DNA of 64,000 nt from a bacterium. Its GTDB lineage: Bacteria > UBA10199 > 2-02-FULL-44-16 > JAAZCA01. Each line of letters starts with the position of its first letter. Positions within the stretch are counted from its first letter, which is position 1. Both the position numbers and the translations under genes were made by a program. Below the pieces are notes generated by a model, which saw nothing but the letters and a program-made list of their open reading frames with translations, was not told the DNA's origin and did not search any database. Below are positions 57,117 through 64,000 of the stretch, piece by piece. The DNA lies in contig CAXXGI010000003.1 in the NCBI GenBank assembly GCA_963674695.2, forward strand, positions 256,001 through 320,000, in the 5' to 3' direction.

Positions 57117-58856
57117 ATGACCGAGAAGGGTGATCAACAACTCATCGAGCTGGAGCGGCTTCGGCACTCGGCGGCGCATGTGATGGCCGACGCGGTCAAG
57201 CGTCTCTTTCCGTCCGTGCGCGTCGCGATCGGACCCGCCGTCGAAGATGGTTTCTACTACGACTTCGATTTCGAGCGTCCCTTCTCGACCGAGGATCTCG
57301 AAAAGATCGAAGCCGAGATGCGTTGCATCGTTGCGGCGAATCAACCTTTCGTGCGCGAGGAGATATCGCGTGCGGATGCCAAGAAACTCTTCGCGGATGA
57401 GCCGTACAAAATCGAACTCATCGACGAGCTGCCCGAGGATGAGGTGATCACCATCTATCGGCATGGCGAGTTTGTCGATCTCTGCCGCGGACCGCACATC
57501 GAGCAGACAGGGCAGATCGGGGCGTTCAAACTCTTGAAGGTTGCCGGGGCCTATTGGCGCGGCGATGAGACGAAGACGCAGTTGCAGCGCATCTATGGAA
57601 CGGCGTTTGCGACCGCCGCCGAGCTTGAAACCTATCTCACCCTGCGCGAGGAAGCGATCAAGCGCGACCATCGCCGCATCGGCCGCGATCTCGACCTCTT
57701 TTCCACGCAGGAGGACGTCGGCCCCGGCCTCATTCTCTGGCATCCGAAGGGCGGGCGCATTCGTCATGCCCTCGAGGATTTTTGGCGCAGCGAGCATACG
57801 CGCAACGGGTATGAGCTGCTCTTCACGCCGCATATCGCGCGCCTCGATCTCTGGAAGAAATCAGGTCACTGGGATTTTTATCGCGAGAATATGTACGCCC
57901 CGATGACGATCGACGAAGTGGAATACGAGCTGAAACCGATGAACTGCCCGTTCCACATCGCGATCTACAAGTCGGGGTTGCACAGCTATCGCGAGTTCCC
58001 CCTGCGCTGGGCGGAGCTGGGAACGGTCTATCGCTATGAGCGCTCGGGCGTTCTCCATGGCATGATGCGCGCGCGCGGATTTACGCAGGATGACGCGCAT
58101 ATCTTTTGTCGCCCCGATCAGTTGGCCGACGAGGTGCGCACGACCTTTGATTTTTCGCTGCATATTCTGCGCGCGTTTGGATTCTCTGAATTTGAGATCT
58201 ATCTTTCGACCAAGCCTGAAAAATATGTGGGCAGCGACCATGAATGGGATGAGGCGACCGCGGCTTTGCGCAGTGCATTGGATGCGTCGGGCCTGCCCTA
58301 TGAGGTCGATCCCGGCGAGGGCGTCTTCTACGGTCCCAAGATCGATATCAAGATCAAAGATTCGCTGGGGCGTATGTGGCAGTGTTCGACCATCCAGGTC
58401 GATTTCAATCTTCCCGAACGCTATGACCTCACCTTCGTGGGCAGCGACGGCGCTCGGCATCGGCCCATCATGATCCATCGCGCGCTGATGGGATCGCTCG
58501 AGCGGTTTTTCGGCGTGCTCGTCGAGCACTACGGTGGAGCGTTTCCGGCGTGGCTCGCTCCCGTGCAAGCGGTCATCCTTCCTATTGCGAAGGATCATAT
58601 CGCGTTTGCGGGCGAGGCAGCCGCAGCGCTGGCCGATCGCGGGGTGCGCGTGGAGTTAGACGATCGCAACGAGAAGTTGGGGCTCAAGATTCGCGAGGCC
58701 CAGCTGCAGAAAATACCCTATATGCTGGTTATCGGTGGCCGGGAAGTGGATGCCCGTGCCGTTGCGGTGCGTTCGCGTTCCGATGGGGATCTCGGATCGA
58801 TGCCGATCGGCGCATTCGTCGATCGCATTACAGCTGAGATAGAGCAACGGCGCTAG
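57117..58856 (+). CDS. thrS: threonine--tRNA ligase (no TGS domain)
   Basis: RHSAAHVMA, DLCRGPH, GAYWRGD, RDHR, KPMNCP and FYGPKID. Confidence 0.97.
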   Translation: MTEKGDQQLIELERLRHSAAHVMADAVKRLFPSVRVAIGPAVEDGFYYDFDFERPFSTEDLEKIEAEMRCIVAANQPFVREEISRADAKKLFADEPYKIELIDELPEDEVITIYRHGEFVDLCRGPHIEQTGQIGAFKLLKVAGAYWRGDETKTQLQRIYGTAFATAAELETYLTLREEAIKRDHRRIGRDLDLFSTQEDVGPGLILWHPKGGRIRHALEDFWRSEHTRNGYELLFTPHIARLDLWKKSGHWDFYRENMYAPMTIDEVEYELKPMNCPFHIAIYKSGLHSYREFPLRWAELGTVYRYERSGVLHGMMRARGFTQDDAHIFCRPDQLADEVRTTFDFSLHILRAFGFSEFEIYLSTKPEKYVGSDHEWDEATAALRSALDASGLPYEVDPGEGVFYGPKIDIKIKDSLGRMWQCSTIQVDFNLPERYDLTFVGSDGARHRPIMIHRALMGSLERFFGVLVEHYGGAFPAWLAPVQAVILPIAKDHIAFAGEAAAALADRGVRVELDDRNEKLGLKIREAQLQKIPYMLVIGGREVDARAVAVRSRSDGDLGSMPIGAFVDRITAEIEQRR

Positions 58857-58915
58857 AGAGCGCATCAGGGTGACGCGCACGGGGGGATCCCGTGCCCGAA
58901 AAAGGAGGTGGCCTT

Positions 58916-59593
58916 ATTCGACGGAAAAAGCCCATGGATATGCGACGAAATCGCGGCAAGGATGATTTGCGCACCAACCGCCGCATTCGAATTCCCGAAG
59001 TTCGGTTGATCGATGAGAACAACGAGCAGCTCGGGGTCTTTATCACGCGTGAGGCGCTGCGCCGCGCCGAGGAGTCTGGTCTCGATCTCGTTGAGATCTC
59101 TCCGCAGGCACGGCCGCCGGTCTGTAAGATCATGGACTACGGGAAATACAAATACGAGCAGAGCAAGAAACAGCATGAGCAGCGCATGCGCCAGGCCATC
59201 GTGGCGACCAAAGAGATCAAGATGCGCCCCGCCACCGATGATCATGATTTTGAGGTGAAGGTGCGTCATGCGAAAGAGTTTCTCGACGATGGCTATAAGG
59301 TGAAATTTTCGATTCGTTTTCGTGGTCGCGAGATGGCGCACATCGATCTCGGACATGAGCGGATGAAGCGCGCTGCCGAAGAGATCAAGGCGTTGGGAGA
59401 GGTCGAGTATTATCCAAAAATGGAAGGGCGACAGATGTTCATGATCGTCGCTCCGTTCAAACGCAGGACGAAAGCGGATAAACAGCACGTAAAAGCGGAT
59501 GAGAAGAAGGTTTCGAATAAGTCGAAAAAGGTCGAAAAGACTGATGATAAGGCGACTGACGATAAGGCGACCGACGTAAATCCGTCGGAATGA
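58916..59593 (+). CDS. infC: translation initiation factor IF-3 (ATT start)
   Basis: GLDLVEISP, PPVCKIMDYGKYKYE and FRGRE; in-frame ATT at 58916 behind a GGAGGT SD. Confidence 0.95.
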   Translation: MRRKKPMDMRRNRGKDDLRTNRRIRIPEVRLIDENNEQLGVFITREALRRAEESGLDLVEISPQARPPVCKIMDYGKYKYEQSKKQHEQRMRQAIVATKEIKMRPATDDHDFEVKVRHAKEFLDDGYKVKFSIRFRGREMAHIDLGHERMKRAAEEIKALGEVEYYPKMEGRQMFMIVAPFKRRTKADKQHVKADEKKVSNKSKKVEKTDDKATDDKATDVNPSE

Positions 59594-59631
59594 ATTGCGC
59601 CGGTTGCCTCGAGAGAGGAAGGTGAATTGCG

Positions 59632-59829
59632 ATGCCGAAGATGAAGACTAGCCGTGGAGCGGCAAAACGTTTCCGCGCGACAAAGAGTGGGAAGATCAAA
59701 CGCAAGCGGTCGAAGCTGCGTCACATCCTGAGCAGCAAGACCACGAAGCAAAAGCGACGTCTGCGCTCGAAGGCCTATGTGTCCAAGGCTGATGAGAAGC
59801 AGGTGTGCCGGCTCCTCTGTATTGGATGA
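59632..59829 (+). CDS. rpmI: 50S ribosomal protein L35
   Basis: [14 protein letters not shown]...HILSSK. Confidence 0.97.
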   Translation: MPKMKTSRGAAKRFRATKSGKIKRKRSKLRHILSSKTTKQKRRLRSKAYVSKADEKQVCRLLCIG

Positions 59830-59911
59830 GGAACGGCGATCGTCGCCGTCGGCTTTAAGCCACATCGAGCGGAAATCAGACAGCTAAGCAGATGCTGTCG
59901 GGAGGGAAGTT

Positions 59912-60262
59912 ATGCCAAGAGCAAAAAGAGGATTTAAAGCGCGTCGTCGGCGCAACCGGGTACTCAAGCAGGCCAAGGGATTTCATGCTGGTCGTGGAAA
60001 TCTCATCCGGGGCGCGATGGAGGCGGTCGACAACGCCCTGTTGCAGGCCTACATCGGTCGCAAGCTGAAGAAGCGCGATTATCGTGCATTGTGGCAGACG
60101 CGTATCTCCGCTGCGGCAAAGCAGCACGGTACGAGTTACAGCCGTCTGATGGGTGCGCTGAAGGTGAAGGAGGCTGGCCTTGATCGCAAGGTGCTCTCCG
60201 AGATCGCCATCCATCATCCGGAAGACTTCAAGACGATCGTCGAGTGGGCAACCGCTTCCTGA
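59912..60262 (+). CDS. rplT: 50S ribosomal protein L20
   Basis: MPRAKRG, RKLKKRDYRALWQTRISAA and LDRKVLSEIA. Confidence 0.97.
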   Translation: MPRAKRGFKARRRRNRVLKQAKGFHAGRGNLIRGAMEAVDNALLQAYIGRKLKKRDYRALWQTRISAAAKQHGTSYSRLMGALKVKEAGLDRKVLSEIAIHHPEDFKTIVEWATAS

Positions 60263-60344
60263 ACGCCTGCTCTCCTGTCGGCGACATCCGTCGTGATGGT
60301 GCCAGGGTCGTTCATGAAAGAGTCCGGAAGGGGGATGGACGGCG

Positions 60345-61373
60345 GTGAAAGATCGTCTGCTCAAACAGGTCGAAGAGCTGCAAGTGCAAGCCCGTCAGGA
60401 ACTGAATTCCATCACCGATGCGGGCGGCGCGGAGAGTTGCCGCGTGCGCTATCTTGGCCGCAAGGGGCTGGTCACGGCGGTGCTCAAGTCCATGGGCCAG
60501 GTTGCGCCTGAAGATCGCCCTGCGGTCGGGCAGGCGGTCAATGAGCTCAAGGACTGGATCGAGGACGCGCTCAAAGGTCTCTCCGGCGGTCTCAAACAGA
60601 AACAGCTCGATGCGCGCATCGCCTCAGGTCGCGTCGATATCACCCTCGCCGGTCGGCATGTTCCACGCGGGCATGCCCATCCCCTCAAGCAGGTCATGCG
60701 TGAGATCGTCGCGATCTTCGCCGGAATGGGTTTTTCGGTTCACACCGGACCTGAGATCGAAACCGACTACTATAACTTCGAGGCCCTCAACGTTCCGGCC
60801 GATCATCCTGCCCGCGATATGCAGGATACCTTCTATATCGATGGCGGGTTTCTGCTGCGCACGCACACCTCTCCCGTTCAAATTCACGTCATGGAAAATC
60901 AGCGTCCGCCGATCTTCGGGATCTTCCCGGGCGCGGTCTACCGTCGCGACAACGACGTTTCGCATTCGCCGATGTTCCATCAGGTCGAGGGACTCATGGT
61001 CGATGAACAGATCACCATGGGCGATCTCAAGGGCGTGCTTTCCACCTTTTTGCATCAGGTTTTTGGGGGAAGTATCGGTGTTCGGTTTCGGCCGAGCTAC
61101 TTTCCCTTTACCGAGCCCTCTGCCGAGGTGGATATCGCGTGCGTCATCTGCGGGGGCAAGGGGTGTCGGGTCTGCAAACAGAGTGGATGGCTCGAAATTC
61201 TCGGGTGTGGCATGGTGGACCCGGAGGTCTTCAAGGCGGTGCGCATCGATCCCAAGCGCTACAGCGGATTCGCTTTCGGGATGGGTGTGGAACGCATCGC
61301 GATGCTCAAGTATATGGTGAATGACATCCGGCTCTTTTTTGAAAACGATATGCGGTTTTTGGAACAATTTTAA
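60345..61373 (+). CDS. pheS: phenylalanine--tRNA ligase alpha subunit
   Basis: HPARDMQDTF, LRTHTSPVQ, FRPSYFPFTEPS and GFAFGMGVER. Confidence 0.98.
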   Translation: MKDRLLKQVEELQVQARQELNSITDAGGAESCRVRYLGRKGLVTAVLKSMGQVAPEDRPAVGQAVNELKDWIEDALKGLSGGLKQKQLDARIASGRVDITLAGRHVPRGHAHPLKQVMREIVAIFAGMGFSVHTGPEIETDYYNFEALNVPADHPARDMQDTFYIDGGFLLRTHTSPVQIHVMENQRPPIFGIFPGAVYRRDNDVSHSPMFHQVEGLMVDEQITMGDLKGVLSTFLHQVFGGSIGVRFRPSYFPFTEPSAEVDIACVICGGKGCRVCKQSGWLEILGCGMVDPEVFKAVRIDPKRYSGFAFGMGVERIAMLKYMVNDIRLFFENDMRFLEQF

Positions 61374-61375
61374 CG

Positions 61376-61485
61376 GTGAACGGTGAACGGTGAACGGTGA
61401 ACGGTGAACGGTGAACGGTGAACGGTGAATTCTGTGGTGTAGCACGATTTTGCTCACGGTTCACGGTTCACAGTTTACCGTTCAC
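61376..61485. repeat. (GTGAACG)x7-8 array with 5-unit reverse-complement arm between pheS and pheT
   Basis: 61376-61430 direct units; 61451-61485 TGCTCAC GGTTCAC GGTTCAC AGTTTAC CGTTCAC. Confidence 0.95.
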
Positions 61486-61495
61486 GAATGATTCT

Positions 61496-63559
61496 ATGCG
61501 CGTTTCCCTTGAATGGCTCAAAACATTTGTGACGCTGCGCGGAAAGCCAGAGCGTCTGGCCCATCGCCTCACCATGGGTGGGGTGGAGGTGGAGGAGATC
61601 GAGCGCGTGGGCACCGATGTGATCTTCGAGTTGGGGCTCACGCCCAACCGCGCCGATTGCCTCTCCGTGATGGGCGTTGCGCGCGAGATCGCCGCCGTCA
61701 CGGGTGCGCCGATCAAGGTGCCTGCCGTGCGCGCGCCGCGCGGGATGGGCAAGATGTCCAAGCAGGTGCGCGTCTCCGTGCGCAGTCGGAAACGCTGTCC
61801 GCGGTATGCGGCGCGCATCATCGAGGGGGTTCAGATCGGACCATCCCCCTCCTGGATGGTGAAGCGCCTTGCGGCCGCGGGTATCCGTTCGATCAATAAC
61901 GTCGTCGACGCCACCAACTATGTGATGCTCGAGTGCGGGCAACCGTTGCATGCCTTCGATCTGCGTTTTGTCCGGGACGAAAAACTCATCATCCGTGAGG
62001 CGGGCAAGGCGATGACCTTTACGACCCTCGACGGTCTGGAACGCAAGCTGCTTCCTGAGGATCTGCTCATCTGCGACGGGCAGGGGCCGGTCGCGCTCGC
62101 CGGCATCATGGGGGGCGAGAATTCAGAGGTGCGTCAGTCGACCACGACGCTTTTGCTCGAGAGCGCGTATTTCGAGCCCTCCGGCGTTCGCCGAACATCG
62201 CGTCGCTTGGGGCTGGCTACCGAATCTTCTCGCCGCTTCGAGCGTGGCGTCGATCCGAACGGTGTGCTCACCGCACTCCATCGCCTGACCGAAATCATCT
62301 GCGAGACGGCGGGCGGAAAACCCACGGCCGATCATATCGATCTCTATCCCAAGCGCATCGCGCCGAAGCGCGTCTCCGTGACCGTCGATGAGGTGAATCG
62401 CATTCTGGGGACGAAGCTTACGCGTGCCCAGATGGTGAAATGCCTCAAGGGGTTGGGATTTGCTGTCGGTGCCGGGGGAGGGAAGCGCTTGTCGGTATTG
62501 GTGCCGACCGTTCGTCCGGATATCACCCGCCCCATCGATCTGATCGAAGAGGTGGCGCGCATTCACGGATATGATCAGATCCCCGAAACGATGCCGATGG
62601 TGCGCGTGGCGCCGCTTTCCAAACCACATGGATGGAAGCAGGAGGAGGATGTTCGACAGGCGCTGATCGATACAGGGTTTACGGAAACGGTCCTCTACGG
62701 TTTTCGCAGCGAAGAGGCGGTTGCCCCTTTCGATGAGTTGGGGAGCAATCCGATCCTTTTGACCAATCCGCTTTCGCGTGAGCAGGGAGTGATGCAGCCC
62801 ACCCTCGTTCCAGGAGTGCTCGATGTGCTGCGGTTCAATGCCACTCGGCAACGCGGCGACTGTCGTGCCTTTGCCTTGCAGCACGTCTTCCATCGTCCCT
62901 GTGGTGTCGGTCCGTGCGAAGAGCCGCGCATGGTCTCCGGCGCGATGACCGGCGTTCGTTTCCCCGGGGCTTGGGAGCGATCCAGCGAGATGCTCGACTT
63001 CTATGACGCCAAGGGCGTGGTCGATCTCATCCTGGAAACGCTCGGTCTCTCCGGCGAGGTCATCTTTCAGCGCGGCGAGGGATATCGGTTTCTCCATCCG
63101 GGACGGTTCGCGTATATTCTGCTGGGATCGAAGCGGGTTGGTTATGTCGGGCAGTTGCATCCGGATGTCGCGGCACAATGGGATCTGGAAAAGGATGTGT
63201 TTCTCTTCGAGTGTGACTTCGATCATTTGGCGGATCTGTCTCTGGCCGAGTCGAAGCGCTATCAGGAGTATTCGCGTTTTCCGCATGTCGATCGCGATCT
63301 GGCCATCGTCATCGATGCAGCCACGCCGGCCGTCGAGGTGGAGCGCACGATCCAGGATTCGGGCGCGGATTTCATCGAGCAGGTTCGGATCTTCGACGTC
63401 TATCGGGGCAAGGGGGTCGATGAGGCCTCCAAGAGCCTTGGGGTGAGCGTGCGGTTTTCTCGGAATGACGGGACGCTCACCGATGCCCAGGTCGATGCGG
63501 CCCAATCGCGTATCCTATTGCAATTACAGAAGAAATTGGGCGCGCAGCTCCGTTCCTGA
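61496..63559 (+). CDS. pheT: phenylalanine--tRNA ligase beta subunit (lacks B2 tRNA-binding OB insert)
   Basis: MRVSLEWL, TPNRADCLS directly after VEEIE, NNVVDATNY, RFERGVD, DLIEEVARIHGY and SRFP.V.RD. Confidence 0.97.
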   Translation: MRVSLEWLKTFVTLRGKPERLAHRLTMGGVEVEEIERVGTDVIFELGLTPNRADCLSVMGVAREIAAVTGAPIKVPAVRAPRGMGKMSKQVRVSVRSRKRCPRYAARIIEGVQIGPSPSWMVKRLAAAGIRSINNVVDATNYVMLECGQPLHAFDLRFVRDEKLIIREAGKAMTFTTLDGLERKLLPEDLLICDGQGPVALAGIMGGENSEVRQSTTTLLLESAYFEPSGVRRTSRRLGLATESSRRFERGVDPNGVLTALHRLTEIICETAGGKPTADHIDLYPKRIAPKRVSVTVDEVNRILGTKLTRAQMVKCLKGLGFAVGAGGGKRLSVLVPTVRPDITRPIDLIEEVARIHGYDQIPETMPMVRVAPLSKPHGWKQEEDVRQALIDTGFTETVLYGFRSEEAVAPFDELGSNPILLTNPLSREQGVMQPTLVPGVLDVLRFNATRQRGDCRAFALQHVFHRPCGVGPCEEPRMVSGAMTGVRFPGAWERSSEMLDFYDAKGVVDLILETLGLSGEVIFQRGEGYRFLHPGRFAYILLGSKRVGYVGQLHPDVAAQWDLEKDVFLFECDFDHLADLSLAESKRYQEYSRFPHVDRDLAIVIDAATPAVEVERTIQDSGADFIEQVRIFDVYRGKGVDEASKSLGVSVRFSRNDGTLTDAQVDAAQSRILLQLQKKLGAQLRS

Positions 63560-63713
63560 TCATCGGGCATGCTGGTGGCGTCCATCGATAGGTGTTATTT
63601 TTTCAACCGTTAGCTGGACATTGTGAGAAAATATTTGATATGATGTGAGAAATACGTTGTTGTATGAGTGAAATCCGTCAGATCGAACCCTGCATGCGGG
63701 GAAGGAGGACGAC

Positions 63714-64000
63714 ATGACGAAGGCCGAGATTATCGAGCAGATCTATGAAAAGGTTGGGTTTTCCAAGAAGGAATCGGCAGAGATCGTGGAGCTGGTCTTT
63801 GACACGATGAAGGAAACGCTTGAGAAGGGCGAGAAGATTAAGATTTCTGGATTTGGAAACTTCGTCGTGCGGCAGAAACGGCCGCGCATCGGGCGCAATC
63901 CGCAGACGGGAGAGGAGATCGAGATCTCCGCGCGCCGGGTGCTCACCTTCCGACCCAGCCAGGTGCTCAAGTCGGCGCTGAATCGCGGTGGTGGCGAAGA
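63714..64000 (+). CDS. ihfA: integration host factor alpha subunit (runs off window end)
   Basis: Manual translation MTKAEIIEQIYEKVGFSKKESAEIVE...KISGFGNF..RQK..RIGRNPQTGEEIEISARRVLTFRPSQ; follows pheT. Confidence 0.95.
   Translation, partial: MTKAEIIEQIYEKVGFSKKESAEIVELVFDTMKETLEKGEKIKISGFGNFVVRQKRPRIGRNPQTGEEIEISARRVLTFRPSQVLKSALNRGGGE

Noticed and set aside
57117-63559. Short ThrRS (no TGS), short PheT (no B2 domain) and ATT start of infC
   Set aside because: Known natural variants and known IF3 autoregulation; not novel.

Overview
GC-rich bacterial chromosome window whose gene order resembles deltaproteobacterial lineages (inferred, not classified). The housekeeping backbone comprises comM, trxB, ssb, tRNA-Cys/Leu, pyrE-pyrF-hpt, tdk, rimP-nusA-infB-rbfA-DHH-truB, rpsO-pnp, coaE, a CCA-type enzyme, mreBCD-mrdA-rodA, trxA and tRNA-Val-thrS-infC-rpmI-rplT-pheST-ihfA. 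Accessory genes include a ~2240-aa HExxH + ABC1/UbiB kinase protein, LRR and TSP3-repeat lipoproteins, a serpin, an HUH (RAYT-like) nuclease, a ComEC-like MBL hydrolase and a lamin-tail lipoprotein. The main unexplained signal is a near-identical 36-bp palindrome present three times. It serves four sigma54-type promoters with almost invariant geometry (palindrome, IHF-like box, TGGCAC-N5-(T/G)TGC, then ATG 28-29 nt from the promoter T, i.e. essentially leaderless). These drive comM, the HUH nuclease, the ComEC-like hydrolase and the lamin-tail operon, suggesting a sigma54 DNA-uptake/processing regulon. A second motif (GCAAC-N14-16-CGATA box, sigma28-like) precedes four accessory genes. Intergenic DNA carries many 7/8/9-mer tandem arrays, often with a reverse-complement arm, plus nested REP/MITE elements. 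No CRISPR array or rRNA is present.
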